A stretch of 64,000 nucleotides of DNA, taken from NCBI GenBank assembly GCA_964430885.1, contig CAYSHM010000003.1, forward strand, positions 128,001 to 192,000, read 5' to 3'. Under the pieces are notes generated by a model, which was not told where the DNA came from, made no database searches, and was given only the letters and a program-made list of their open reading frames with translations. Each line of letters starts with the position of its first letter. Positions within the stretch are counted from its first letter, which is position 1. Positions 29,901 through 39,390 of the stretch are shown piece by piece. The position numbers and the translations under genes are program-made. The stretch is from an uncultured archaeon (GTDB taxonomy: Archaea; Thermoplasmatota; Penumbrarchaeia; JASLWR01).

Positions 29901-30936
29901 AGTTCCAATGGGGAGGGCCATTGTTGACATACAACTTGGAATCGTCGCAGAACCTTCCTCTGTTCGGATCCTTATGTACAAGATTGGAGACGAAGATGTC
30001 CAATCGGCCGTTATTGTTCAGATCTGCAAAGGAGGAGCCGATGGTGTGGCCATAGTAATTCCCGCCTAGATTTCCGCTGGAATCTCGGCCCACGCCTCGG
30101 ACCCCCAACTCGGCAGCCTTATTGGTAAAAGTACCGTCTCTATTGTTTATCCATATGTAATTTGGCTTCAATCTATAATTCGATACATAAATGTCCTGCC
30201 AGCCATCATTGTCATAATCTCCCCAAATCACTCCTCTTCCGTAGCAGGGGGAATTGGATGTATCCATCCCCGATGCTACTGTTGCATCGGTGAAGGTCCC
30301 GTCGCCATCGTTGCTGTAAAACCTGTCAGCATAATGAATATAGTTGCCGTCATTCCAATTCTCTCCATTTGTAATGTATAGGTCCAGGTCACCGTCCCGG
30401 TCATAATCACCCCAGGCTCCGGAGGTTGTGGGATAGTCATCGATATTGAGCCCCGCATGAACTGTCATATCCTCGAAGGTACCGTCACCTCTGTTCCTGT
30501 ACAATTTATCTGCTCCGCCTCCGCAGAAGATATCCAAGTACCCGTCGGAATCATAGTCTCCCCATACACCGTTGCTGACACCGCCAGTAAGATTGGCGTC
30601 ATTTGAAACCAGAGTGAAATTGTAATCCGGAGGCCCTCCATTCCTGTAGAGGTCCCTTCCATTTACAAGGAGGTCTGGACAATCATCATTGTTATAATCA
30701 CCCCATGCAAAAAAGCTGCCACCCTTTCCTCCAAAACCAGCGTCCAAGCTTATATTGGTGAATGTGACTGCTTCGTTCTGTCGGGTAATTTCATCTGAAA
30801 AAATGTCCTTTTGACTCGAACTTATATGGAGATTGCCGGAGCCGATTGCATTCAGATAAACTAAAAAGCTGGCTGAAAAAAACATTACCGCAAAAAACAT
30901 AGCTAGAATCTTTTTTTTCATTTGGAACACCATCAC
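26938..30936 (-). CDS. Secreted FG-GAP/ASPIC-UnbV (CRTAC1-like) beta-propeller protein with about 7 PKD domains, C-terminal TM and acidic/Pro-rich tail
   Basis: Repeated WGDYDxDGxxD; NHWLKIKV...AIGAQV...LHFGLG (ASPIC/UnbV); WDFGDG...HxY...GxYxxxL PKD repeats. Confidence 0.9.
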   Translation of the reverse strand: MMVFQMKKKILAMFFAVMFFSASFLVYLNAIGSGNLHISSSQKDIFSDEITRQNEAVTFTNISLDAGFGGKGGSFFAWGDYNNDDCPDLLVNGRDLYRNGGPPDYNFTLVSNDANLTGGVSNGVWGDYDSDGYLDIFCGGGADKLYRNRGDGTFEDMTVHAGLNIDDYPTTSGAWGDYDRDGDLDLYITNGENWNDGNYIHYADRFYSNDGDGTFTDATVASGMDTSNSPCYGRGVIWGDYDNDGWQDIYVSNYRLKPNYIWINNRDGTFTNKAAELGVRGVGRDSSGNLGGNYYGHTIGSSFADLNNNGRLDIFVSNLVHKDPNRGRFCDDSKLYVNNGPPHWNFTDARATCGIPIKPVGGVEGGYYDDENFANAVFADYDNDGDMDLWITQVYNHYWMYAYLYRNNGDLTFTNMAPQLGLDIVDTYAGAWADYDNDGDQDLVTAGRTTEEHPVRIRLFRNEGNSNHWLKIKVMDGTSFAIGAQVRVHTNSGMCLKQVETGVGSHSSQNDMVLHFGLGQDTIANRIEIEYPDGTVKVVENINADQVLVIEKPSSPPSIESLTASTYDAHENEMITFSISTDVQCQVAWDFGNDGSDDTVKSSSETIDHSYYFPGSNIIRATAWNYDGSEGTMRTLKVTSENMEPSAILTGDAAGFENQMLYFYSNDTFDSLNDLKNMSYELDFGDGNSTGWSNSSHYSHSYENKGSYTLTLRARDDDNVVSETSREIEILNVLPEIEVIGPTSSLEDQEINFRCRVKDSLLDMGEMTHKWDFGDGYKTDYNVMNSSAHTYKKSGNYSIILYARDRHGDMNSSIHHIAVKNVAPICDSAASMTIEEDQATLFTGTAEDTLSDLDGLIYQWDFYDGTISPWSVTPDSVHTYTQAGEYRAILTVKDDDEDTDESIVNITVENQSPEIELSVDYSEVFEDQEIEVAIEATDTPSDLDDLQYRLNFGDGNATDWNNTMNFRHSYEYEGSYLLTASVRDNSNLSVEDTMLVAVLNEAPSARFTYSPSSNIEEGMSVTFDAALSMDTLSDIPHLNFTWTIDNSVKLYGMITDYIFGVSGKHKVILTVTDDDGESMQAEKTVTVKNLPPEAVMSISPSRITTGAVITFNGTGSIDTLGDIDGLTYEWKIGNLKKTGIAVEHVFTKSGSYEIVLSVTDSDGDSSEISRRITVTGEEIGGQEKSESTGGFPLWLIILIVFIVVLAILFLILILARKGKGVDLDIEEERVGGSDSLSETNTHSLETEEELSDEGGDQVPRYQGGDKIYDGNSQDEVGSDGNGEKSQDEITESKPAEAEDQVPADELSEISAETATDPPSKNPPKKPLPPPPK

Positions 30937-31059
30937 ATGACTATTTGATGAAAAACATATGTAAAATTACTGACATACCGCACTTAACCTGAAACATATT
31001 AGCATGTGCAATATTTAATTCTTCTGTGTTATGCTCCGAGAAAAGATTGTATTATAGAG

Positions 31060-31881
31060 CTACTTTTTCTTGGATACTTTTCCGCTTTTCGGTGCTTTCT
31101 TACCGGATAGTTTTTCTCCTTCTTTTTCTGGTTTTTCCTCGAAAAGGTATTTCCAAAGAAGGGCGGCAATAATAGCCCCGATTATAGGTGCAGCTATGAA
31201 AAGCCACAGCTCCGACAAGGCATCTCCGCCCACCAGAACCGCCGGCCCTAAACTCCTGGCTGGATTCACGGAGGTCCCGGTTATCGGTATTCCGATTAGA
31301 TGGATCACCACAAGAGACATACCTATGGAAAGGCCGGCAAAACCCTTTGGAGCTTTATCGCTGGTGGAACCAAAAATAACCATAAGGAACAGAAATGTCA
31401 GTATCACTTCCGCTATAAATGCCGACATCATGGAATAACCGCCCAGATAATCAGTACCGAAGCCATTCTGGCCAAGACCGTTATCAGCGACTGTATATCC
31501 GTCAAGACCGGTCATTATTCCGAGAAGAGCACCTGAAGCCAATACCGCTCCTATGCACTGGAATATTATATAGAATGCTGCGTCCTTTGACTTAATCTTG
31601 CCTGCAGTCAGCATTGCAATGGTAATTGCAGGATTGATATGACAGCCGGAGATATGGCCGATGGCATAGACCATGATCAGAACCGTTAGACCAAAAGCAA
31701 AGGATATTCCGAGATAACCTATATGTCCGCCCATTGTCAGCGTTCCCGAAGGATTGCCCATGGTATCAAAAAGTGAAGCTACGCTGGTTCCGGCTATGAC
31801 TGCACTTCCACAGCCCAAGAAAACCAGGGCAAATGTCCCGAGGAGTTCGGCTGTATATTTCCTCACATCACTTTTCTCCAT
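31060..31881 (-). CDS. aqpZ: Aquaporin Z-type MIP channel
   Basis: AELLGTF, SGCHINPA and TSVNPARS (two NPA motifs). GGAGTGA SD before the ATG at 31881. Confidence 0.92.
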   Translation of the reverse strand: MEKSDVRKYTAELLGTFALVFLGCGSAVIAGTSVASLFDTMGNPSGTLTMGGHIGYLGISFAFGLTVLIMVYAIGHISGCHINPAITIAMLTAGKIKSKDAAFYIIFQCIGAVLASGALLGIMTGLDGYTVADNGLGQNGFGTDYLGGYSMMSAFIAEVILTFLFLMVIFGSTSDKAPKGFAGLSIGMSLVVIHLIGIPITGTSVNPARSLGPAVLVGGDALSELWLFIAAPIIGAIIAALLWKYLFEEKPEKEGEKLSGKKAPKSGKVSKKK

Positions 31882-32075
31882 TATTTCACTCCATTTTAGA
31901 TTGTATATTGACAATAGATATTGTATGGAATTATTCAAAGATATGGCTCATTTTCTTGAATATATATCTTTACACATTATTGGTTATAGGGAATGTATTT
32001 TATGGTTCAATACTACAAATGAATATTGGACCTGAAATATGATCACATAAGAGGAATTTTCCTTTCAGGTTACCA

Positions 32076-35036
32076 TTACATATTTCGGGAAATGTTTTTT
32101 TCGGACGTCAGAAAGAAAACCACTCCAATCATTATGACAATGGTCCCTATGACCAACACTATAATGATCCAATGAAAATCCCTTTTTGTGCCTGAAGGCT
32201 TTTCATATCGGCCAGCATCGTATGGAAAGTGGTCCCAGGCATTCTCAATCCCATCCCCATCAATGTCATCATCCATATGATCGGCTATCCAATCGCCGTC
32301 AAGATCAAAAGGATAGGAGAGACGATTTTCGTGTCCAGTACCTTCCTGTAGTTCAATAATATTGGACCATCCATCCCCATCAATGTCATCATCCATAACA
32401 TCAGGTGTTCCATCACCATCGAGGTCTGACGGATAGGAAAATAAGGAATAAGGATCGGTCCCTGCAGCTCTTTCCACGCTATCGTTCCAACCATCGCCAT
32501 CGGCATCAAATCCTTTCTCAGCTTCAACCAATACTATTAAAGTATCTCTGTCATGATTACCTTCAGCATCTGTGACAACCAGGGAAATATTGTAAAAACC
32601 TGTTACTATGAACTCATAGAAAAGCATCTTCCCGTACAATAAAACATTCGACCCATCAAGGATAAAACTCCAGGTATAATTGATAATACCCATATTATCA
32701 CTGCTATTTCTAGCATACAGCATAGCGCTAGCTCCCTGAAGTATCAATATATCATCCCCCGCATCGGCAACAGGTGGCGTTATATCCCTGACCGCGACCA
32801 TGAACGCATCCTCATCATAATTACCTGCTGCATCGGACACATTGAGAACCACCCTGTAATTACCTGCTTGGCTAAAAAGAAATTCCGCCTCTTGGGAATA
32901 GAAAAATATGACGGCCCCACCATATTCCAAGACCCAGGTAAAATTCACAATTCCCACATTATCACTGCAGCGGGAAGCATTCAAGAATAATTTTTCATGC
33001 TGTCCCATGAATACATCGGCTCCTGCATCGGCAATGGGAGGAGTGATATCCTTGACAGTTACCATTAGAAAATCCACTGCCCAATTCCCCTGCTCATCAC
33101 TGACGTTCAGGCACACTAAAAAAGGACCGGCTATGTTGAAGATGAAAACTGGGTTTGGACCGAATATCCTGACATCTCGACCATCATAACTGAAGGACCA
33201 TGAATAGTTGAAAACCGCCAAATTATCCTCACTTTGAGTCCCATTGAACACCACTGAAACATGCTGCTCTGAGAAAATGTCATCTCCGGCTCTAGCTATT
33301 GGAGCTATCTCATCTATCACCGTGACCTGGAAGGAATCCTCATCAGCATTCCCAACCTCATCTGTCAAGCGAAGGTTCACAATGAATATATCCAGTTCCA
33401 TGAATGAATGTGACACCGATGGACCATAGAGTTCTAGAGGGTCATCAAAATCGATCTGCCAGGTAAAATTCACAATACTGGGAGTGAAAATGCTGGCGTT
33501 TCCGTTGAAATACACTTTCACTCCTGCGTTAACTGTGACATCGGGGCCTGCTTCAGCCTCGAGAGGATAGTATTTGAAGGTCCAGTTTGCATAATACATA
33601 GTTGAAGGGTCAAAGAGCAGGGATGCGGCCAATGATACATTATAAACACCCGGTTCTAACCCTTTCAGATAATATTTCAGACAGCCGTTGGTAATATTGC
33701 ATAGGAAAGTCACATCCATGCCGTTCAACTTCGCAGTTATGCTCTCGGGATCCAATTGAGCGGAATCGAAACAGGCAGAAATTTCGGGAGGAGTTAGCGT
33801 ATAAGCCATATACCGTGGACTTCTATCAACAATTGGAAGAGGCGATCGGTAGTTCTCGAAAAGATCGGCATAGTACTTGAGACGAGGGGAAGAGGCCCAA
33901 TTTGCCAATAGGTAGAGGTTATTTATGTGGATGTCATGGTAGCTGCCTGAAGCCAGTTTGCCGTCTTTTAGTGAATAGTAGCTCCATCTTCCAGTGTCAT
34001 ATCTATGTATATGACCTATCAACTCCGGGATGCTCAGCTGAAAACGTTCCAGGGCACGAGTATCATTGGTCATTTCATAATAGAGGTAAAGGTCACGCAG
34101 TGCGGTTGTATATCCGTTCAGGATCCTATGGGAATGATTGCTGGGGCATTCGGCGTACCAGGGCCCGAAATCCCCCGGTTCCTTTATCCCTCCTTCCCAC
34201 CAGTTAAGATAGAAGGTTTGAAGGGTAGAACCAGCTGCAGATAGGTAGGTTCTATTGCCTGTTATACTATAGGACATACCTAACAATTTCAGAATACGGG
34301 CCTGGGCTAGTGCAGATGACCATGGAGCCACCTGATCCCATTTGCTGTGATTGAAAAGATAGGGCCAAGATCTCAATGTCCTATTGTCCCGTTCATAGAC
34401 CCTGGAATGGGATAACAATCGGTCAAGACCCCTTCCCAATAACTGTAAATTGCCGTCGTCAATAATATAGAACAGATGGGATGCGGCAAAAAGGGGATTA
34501 TAACAAGCGCCAATGGACTTGTAGAAAGACCAGGTATCGTCATTGAAGGTGAATACAACCACCCATTCCTTGCCAAGGCCTATACTGAGACCGTAATCAG
34601 TGGCTTCGGACCTCAGGGACATTTCTCGATACAGGTATGGATCCAGTGAACCCGAACGGTGAAGCCAGAAGAGATCAGATATGAAATTGGCGTAAATGGA
34701 TTGAAGCAAACTAGAATTTCCTTTACTGTAGTTTTCCGCTCGGGTAAGCCAGGTAACCCCATGTTGAAATTGGGATTCTGTGATACTGCTTTCATTGAGC
34801 CAATGGGATGAAAGTGAAAAAATATCCCTAAGGGTATCTGAAATATTATTCTCTTCTTTCCCCCTGGTATGGCACCTATCATTGGATTCAACTTCGGAGA
34901 CATATGAATTGCAGTTGTTTGTTAAAGTAGGGAACGGCATATGGCTTTCTTCTGCAAGGAAGCTTTGGAAAAGAGAAAAAGACAGAACCATGCAGATAAT
35001 TATGAATTTTACATCCTGCGGCATTTTCATAGGCAT
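32076..35036 (-). CDS. Membrane-anchored D-glucuronyl C5-epimerase-like domain protein with PKD domains and TSP3-like Ca-binding repeats
   Basis: PWSSALAQ, WYAECP, ILNGY, YDTGRWSYYSL and SYHDIHI (C5-epim_C-like); four AxAGxD...FTW PKD units; DxDGDG repeats; C-terminal TM. Confidence 0.8.
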   Translation of the reverse strand: MPMKMPQDVKFIIICMVLSFSLFQSFLAEESHMPFPTLTNNCNSYVSEVESNDRCHTRGKEENNISDTLRDIFSLSSHWLNESSITESQFQHGVTWLTRAENYSKGNSSLLQSIYANFISDLFWLHRSGSLDPYLYREMSLRSEATDYGLSIGLGKEWVVVFTFNDDTWSFYKSIGACYNPLFAASHLFYIIDDGNLQLLGRGLDRLLSHSRVYERDNRTLRSWPYLFNHSKWDQVAPWSSALAQARILKLLGMSYSITGNRTYLSAAGSTLQTFYLNWWEGGIKEPGDFGPWYAECPSNHSHRILNGYTTALRDLYLYYEMTNDTRALERFQLSIPELIGHIHRYDTGRWSYYSLKDGKLASGSYHDIHINNLYLLANWASSPRLKYYADLFENYRSPLPIVDRSPRYMAYTLTPPEISACFDSAQLDPESITAKLNGMDVTFLCNITNGCLKYYLKGLEPGVYNVSLAASLLFDPSTMYYANWTFKYYPLEAEAGPDVTVNAGVKVYFNGNASIFTPSIVNFTWQIDFDDPLELYGPSVSHSFMELDIFIVNLRLTDEVGNADEDSFQVTVIDEIAPIARAGDDIFSEQHVSVVFNGTQSEDNLAVFNYSWSFSYDGRDVRIFGPNPVFIFNIAGPFLVCLNVSDEQGNWAVDFLMVTVKDITPPIADAGADVFMGQHEKLFLNASRCSDNVGIVNFTWVLEYGGAVIFFYSQEAEFLFSQAGNYRVVLNVSDAAGNYDEDAFMVAVRDITPPVADAGDDILILQGASAMLYARNSSDNMGIINYTWSFILDGSNVLLYGKMLFYEFIVTGFYNISLVVTDAEGNHDRDTLIVLVEAEKGFDADGDGWNDSVERAAGTDPYSLFSYPSDLDGDGTPDVMDDDIDGDGWSNIIELQEGTGHENRLSYPFDLDGDWIADHMDDDIDGDGIENAWDHFPYDAGRYEKPSGTKRDFHWIIIVLVIGTIVIMIGVVFFLTSEKNISRNM
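32251..32397. repeat. Exact 27-bp intragenic direct repeat with 120-bp period
   Basis: CCATCCCCATCAATGTCATCATCCATA at 32251 and 32371; encodes MDDDIDGDG on the minus strand. Confidence 0.85.
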
Positions 35037-35326
35037 ATTCCCCCCCCATAATCAATAAAATCTAATATATGAGAATATACTCTTTAATATATTCATAAAA
35101 AAAATACTTATGGTTAAACCAGTAAAAGTAGAGAAAACGGAATTCAATAATTAATTCCGAATCCATATCAATTGATGTGGTAGTGATCAAATACTTCAAC
35201 GAATTAATAATCCGTGTATTGAACTGAATTTTCAGCGGTTCACATACAAGGAGGGCAGTAATACAATACAATGAAATAATACTGCACCTAATTTTAAATA
35301 ATGGTTATTTGATTATGTATACGAAG

Positions 35327-35341
35327 TTATAATGATTACAT
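35327..35341. promoter_or_regulatory. Putative Fur/PerR operator (7-1-7 box)
   Basis: TTATAATGATTACAT matches 12 of 14 defined positions of the Bacillus Per box TTATAATnATTATAA and lies about 25 bp upstream of the Fur-family gene. Confidence 0.55.
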
Positions 35342-35365
35342 AATTGTATTAGATCGGGTGATTTT

Positions 35366-35779
35366 TTGGAAAAATTCGTAAAGATACTCAAGGAAAAGGG
35401 TTTGAAGATCACACCCCAGCGTCTGGATATCATGAGTTATTTGGATGTGAACCGATGCCACCCGGATGTGGATACTATATACAGGGATCTCAAGGAGAAA
35501 AATCCCTCTTTGTCCAAAACCACGGTCTACAATACACTTCAGACCCTTAAGGAGAAGGGAGTAATACTAGAACTTACCATTTCAGGATCGGAAAGAAGAT
35601 TCGATTACGACCATGGTTTTCACCATCATTTTCAATGTTTGAAATGCAACAGGATAATTGACATGGACATCCCCTGCGATTATGTAAACAATATTTCTGA
35701 AATGGGCCATGAAGTGAAGGAGATACACAGCTACATCAAAGGGATTTGCATGGACTGTCTAAAAGAGGACCAATCTTAA
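35366..35779 (+). CDS. Fur/PerR-family transcriptional repressor
   Basis: LKITPQR, HPDVD, SKTTVYNTL, HHHFQCLKC, GICMDC. Confidence 0.93.
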   Translation: MEKFVKILKEKGLKITPQRLDIMSYLDVNRCHPDVDTIYRDLKEKNPSLSKTTVYNTLQTLKEKGVILELTISGSERRFDYDHGFHHHFQCLKCNRIIDMDIPCDYVNNISEMGHEVKEIHSYIKGICMDCLKEDQS

Positions 35780-35864
35780 AAATAATGAAAAGAAATTACC
35801 CTGAAAGATCCGAAATAATATCAACTAAAAGAAAGAAATCTACGTATGAAAAGGAGGTAAAAAC

Positions 35865-36023
35865 ATGGACAAATACGAATGCATGGTATGCGGATATGTA
35901 TACAACCCCGAAGTGGGCGACCCGGACGGAGGCATTGCTCCAGGAACAGCTTTTGAGGATATCCCTGACGATTGGGTATGCCCTGTATGCGGCGTCGGAA
36001 AAGAGGATTTTGAGAAGATATAG
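35865..36023 (+). CDS. Rubredoxin (52 aa, not in the ORF track)
   Basis: Hand translation [52 protein letters not shown]; AGGAGG SD. Confidence 0.97.
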   Translation: MDKYECMVCGYVYNPEVGDPDGGIAPGTAFEDIPDDWVCPVCGVGKEDFEKI

Positions 36024-36033
36024 ATAAAAAGGA

Positions 36034-37221
36034 GTGATTGGATTGAACAAGGAGGAGATCAAGCCCGGAATATTTTGGGTAGGTGGCATCGACTGGAATT
36101 TACGTAATTTCCACGGCTATATTACCCAGAAAGGATCGACCTATAATTCATATCTGATAATGGATGAGAAGATAGTTCTGGTGGATACTGTTAAGAGCTA
36201 TCTCTTTCCGGAAATGATGGAGCGTATCAAGGCAGTTGCGGACCCTGAGAAGATCGACCTATTGGTATCCAACCATGTGGAGATGGACCATTCCGGATCC
36301 CTTCCCATGATCAAGGAATTACTGCCCAATGCAAAGATCGTCACATCACCCCAGGGAAAAATGGGATTGGAAAGGCATTTCAAGAGCGGATGGGACTACC
36401 AGGTAGTAAGGTCAGGCGACAGCGTGAATATCGGAAAACGCAATCTAGTCTTCGTTCAGACACCCATGGTGCACTGGCCCGATTCCATGGTCACCTATAT
36501 CCCCGAGGACAATCTCCTCCTTCCAAATGACGCCTTCGGACAGCACATAGCAAGCACCGAGAGATACGACCGCCAGATGGAATGGGGAATGCTCAAGGAG
36601 GAAGCGGCAAAATACTATGCCAATATTGTAATGCCTTTCGGTCCCCAGGTGAAAAAGGCCCTGGAAACGGTTTCCTCTCTGAAGATCGACATGATAGCTC
36701 CCAGCCACGGTATTATTTGGCAATCATATATTCCTGACATAATAGCAGAATATTCCAAATGGTGCGAGAACAGAACCGAAAAAAAGGCCCTGATAGTATA
36801 TGACAGCATGTGGGGAACGACTGAATGCATTGCAAAAAGACTTCTTTCGGCACTGCAGGAAGCGGGGATCAAGGTCTCTTTCAGGGACCTGAAGTACAAC
36901 CATATCTCCGACATCATGACAGATGTCCTCACATCAAGATTGATACTAATGGGATCACCCACACTGAACAATAATTATCTGCCTACTATGGGAGCGCTTC
37001 TGACCTACCTGAAGGGCCTCAGACCCAAGGGCAGAATAGGCTTGGCCTTCGGCTCATACGGCTGGAGCGGACAGGCCGTGAAGTTCATCTCCGAGGAAAT
37101 GAAGAAAATGGGATGGGATGTGCCCCTTGAAGGTATAAATATTAAATTCATTCCTGAGAGTGGAGAATTGGACGAGGTGGAAGAGGTTGGACAAAAATTG
37201 ATAGAAATGCTGAATGATTGA
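36034..37221 (+). CDS. fprA: Flavodiiron protein (FprA, class A)
   Basis: GSTYNSY, HVEMDHSG, HWPDSM, NDAFGQH, PSHG; flavodoxin YDSMWGTT and FGSYGWSG. Confidence 0.95.
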   Translation: MIGLNKEEIKPGIFWVGGIDWNLRNFHGYITQKGSTYNSYLIMDEKIVLVDTVKSYLFPEMMERIKAVADPEKIDLLVSNHVEMDHSGSLPMIKELLPNAKIVTSPQGKMGLERHFKSGWDYQVVRSGDSVNIGKRNLVFVQTPMVHWPDSMVTYIPEDNLLLPNDAFGQHIASTERYDRQMEWGMLKEEAAKYYANIVMPFGPQVKKALETVSSLKIDMIAPSHGIIWQSYIPDIIAEYSKWCENRTEKKALIVYDSMWGTTECIAKRLLSALQEAGIKVSFRDLKYNHISDIMTDVLTSRLILMGSPTLNNNYLPTMGALLTYLKGLRPKGRIGLAFGSYGWSGQAVKFISEEMKKMGWDVPLEGINIKFIPESGELDEVEEVGQKLIEMLND

Positions 37222-37273
37222 AAATTATCAATCAATAAACACATTAATAGAAAAATGAAAGGAGGAACTAGAC

Positions 37274-37456
37274 GTGAGTGAAATGGAAAAAAAGGTATTG
37301 GATGCAATGAAAGAAGCGGGTAAACCCGTAAGACCGGGCGACATCGCCAAGATGATCAATCTAGACAGCAAAGATGTATCCAAGGCTATCAAGAAATTGA
37401 AGAATGATGGGAGCGTTCATTCGCCCAAAAGGTGCTACTACTCAGTTAGCGAGTAA
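37274..37456 (+). CDS. Small winged-helix protein with SPKRCYY motif
   Basis: VLDAMKEAGKPVRPGDIAK...VSKAIKKLK...SPKRCYY; AGGAGG SD. Confidence 0.8.
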   Translation: MSEMEKKVLDAMKEAGKPVRPGDIAKMINLDSKDVSKAIKKLKNDGSVHSPKRCYYSVSE

Positions 37457-37624
37457 TTAGTCAGACTTGAAGTATTTGAGTCTAAAGAGCCAATTTATGA
37501 ATAAAACTGATAAAAATGAAAAAAGGAGAATTAGGTGAGAGTATTCCTGACTAAAGCACTTAGAGGAATGACCTACAAATAGTATAATACATATTGACAA
37601 TAAAATGTTCAAGGAGGAACTGTT

Positions 37625-38140
37625 ATGATAGATAAAAAGATGGTAAAAGCACTGAATAAACAACTGAACGCTGAACTGTATGCTTCATACCTATATTATT
37701 CCGCTTCTGCCTATTTGGAATCCATTAATTTTGGAGGATTCGCTCACTGGATGAGAGCACAGGCCATGGAAGAGATAGGGCACGCCCAGAGATTCTACAA
37801 CCATATAGTAGAGAGGGGCGGAGATGTAAAATTGGAGAAGATCGAACAGCCGCAAAAAAAGTGGAAGTCACTTCTAGAAACCGTAAAAGCCGCTTACGAT
37901 CACGAGGTGAAAGTGACCGGAATGATAAATAAACTTGTTGATCTGGCACAGAAGGAGAAAGACCATGCAACCTTCAATTTCCTTCAATGGTTCGTCATGG
38001 AACAGGTGGAAGAAGAAGAACAGACAAGCGAACTCATCGCCAAGCTTGAGATGATCGGCGATTCAGTCGGATCCATCCTGATGTACGATAAGAAGATGGG
38101 GGAACGACCAATCAAGGCATTTTGGCAGGCACCAAAATAA
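37625..38140 (+). CDS. ftn: Non-heme ferritin
   Basis: LNKQLNAELYASYLY, EEIGHA, HEVKVT, FLQWFVMEQVEEE ferroxidase residues. Confidence 0.95.
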   Translation: MIDKKMVKALNKQLNAELYASYLYYSASAYLESINFGGFAHWMRAQAMEEIGHAQRFYNHIVERGGDVKLEKIEQPQKKWKSLLETVKAAYDHEVKVTGMINKLVDLAQKEKDHATFNFLQWFVMEQVEEEEQTSELIAKLEMIGDSVGSILMYDKKMGERPIKAFWQAPK

Positions 38141-38163
38141 AAAGGTTTTCAAGCCTATATCAC

Positions 38164-38210
38164 TGATGCCCTCCGAGCATTTGGAGGGATCATTTTCTCT
38201 TTTTATTCTT
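38164..38210 (+). terminator. Hairpin plus T-rich tract after ftn
   Basis: CCCTCCGA-GCAT-TTGGAGGG stem, extended by TGAT/ATCA, followed by TTTTCTCTTTTTATTCTT. Confidence 0.6.
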
Positions 38211-38251
38211 TAACAACTGCATTATTTCAAATAATCATTACAGGTGACCAA

Positions 38252-38746
38252 ATGGATCTAACTGGATATGAGCTCAAAGATGTATTTATAACTGCCCTCA
38301 AATCAGAAAAGGAAAGTTATAGGGTGTATAAGAATCTAGCAAACATAGTGAACAACGCCTTTCTTAAGGATAAGCTAGAATTCCTTGCCAAAGAGGAAGT
38401 GAAGCATTATTCTTTTTTAGCCAAAGCCTTCGATAAATTGTTCAGTAAGAGCGACATTGAACTTCCTGAAAAGTCACCCATTCCCTTACCAGAAATAAAG
38501 ATCGATGATGAACTTATGGAAATCAGCGAAATTTTGAGCAGTGCCATGGAAGCTGAAAAGGCAGCAAGCAGATTTTATCTCAGTATGGCTAAACTGGTCA
38601 GGGATCATCACCTCATTTCCAAAACATTGAAATATCTGGCCCAGATGGAAATTGGGCATTACAAACTGCTGGAAATTGAGAGAGAAAACATAGCTGATTT
38701 CGAGAACTTTCAGGACGGATGGCCCCTGATGCATGTGGGACCCTGA
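38252..38746 (+). CDS. Rubrerythrin-like ferritin-superfamily diiron protein without a rubredoxin domain
   Basis: A..SE...Y, EEVKH, AE...FY, EIGHY; C-terminal MHVGP. Confidence 0.88.
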   Translation: MDLTGYELKDVFITALKSEKESYRVYKNLANIVNNAFLKDKLEFLAKEEVKHYSFLAKAFDKLFSKSDIELPEKSPIPLPEIKIDDELMEISEILSSAMEAEKAASRFYLSMAKLVRDHHLISKTLKYLAQMEIGHYKLLEIERENIADFENFQDGWPLMHVGP

Positions 38747-38856
38747 TATGAACTCTCCAATTCAGTCCTAAATCAATTGTTTCAGAACAAACATGCCAAT
38801 TTATTTATTCCTGGTGCAGATTCAATTAAGAAAAAGCTCTGAAGGAAGGAAGCAGA

Positions 38857-39345
38857 ATGATAGATGTTGTGGAAATACTGAAGAACGGCCACGGAGGCAT
38901 CGGGGAGAACAGCCTCATGGGATTGAACTTCATAAATGATATCAATGTGAGCGGATGGTCCGGAGGAATGAATATAAGCATGGTGGAAAAGAAGACCCAT
39001 TTCATGAAAGACCTGATACTTCCCCATTTCAGACAGGAGGAAACAGTGATCTATCTCCTCCGCAAGGATTTTGATCTTAACGATTATGCCTCGGATGTAA
39101 TAAAAAAGGTAGTTAAGGAGCATGAGTATTTCAGGAACAGGATCCAAGAGCTGCAGAATATGAGGGGTTCCCTTGAAATCTTCGACCTGGAGGTCTTTGT
39201 TCAATTCAGAAAGGAGTTCAATAAATTGATGGAGGGACTATTCAAACATGCCGAATACGAGGATACCCATCTATTCCCCCTTTTCAGAAGGATGCTGAAA
39301 CCTGAGCACATCCGATATATCGAAGATAAATGGAAAATGGGATGA
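38857..39345 (+). CDS. Hemerythrin-like (HHE) cation-binding protein, copy 1
   Basis: GH, PHFRQEE, KEH and KHAEYEDTHLFP. Confidence 0.85.
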   Translation: MIDVVEILKNGHGGIGENSLMGLNFINDINVSGWSGGMNISMVEKKTHFMKDLILPHFRQEETVIYLLRKDFDLNDYASDVIKKVVKEHEYFRNRIQELQNMRGSLEIFDLEVFVQFRKEFNKLMEGLFKHAEYEDTHLFPLFRRMLKPEHIRYIEDKWKMG

Positions 39346-39390
39346 AATATCCCTTCTATTCCATCATAGTGTTTGAAAAGGAGGCCTCAT

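Noticed and set aside
35318-35330. TATACGAAGTTAT, identical to one 13-bp loxP arm
   Set aside because: No matching inverted arm 8 bp upstream (AATAATGGTTATT there) and no recombinase nearby. It overlaps the putative Per box, so it is most likely chance.
35746-36089. ORF-track entries 35746-36027 (+) and 35796-36089 (-)
   Set aside because: The real gene is the rubredoxin at 35865-36023 in another frame.
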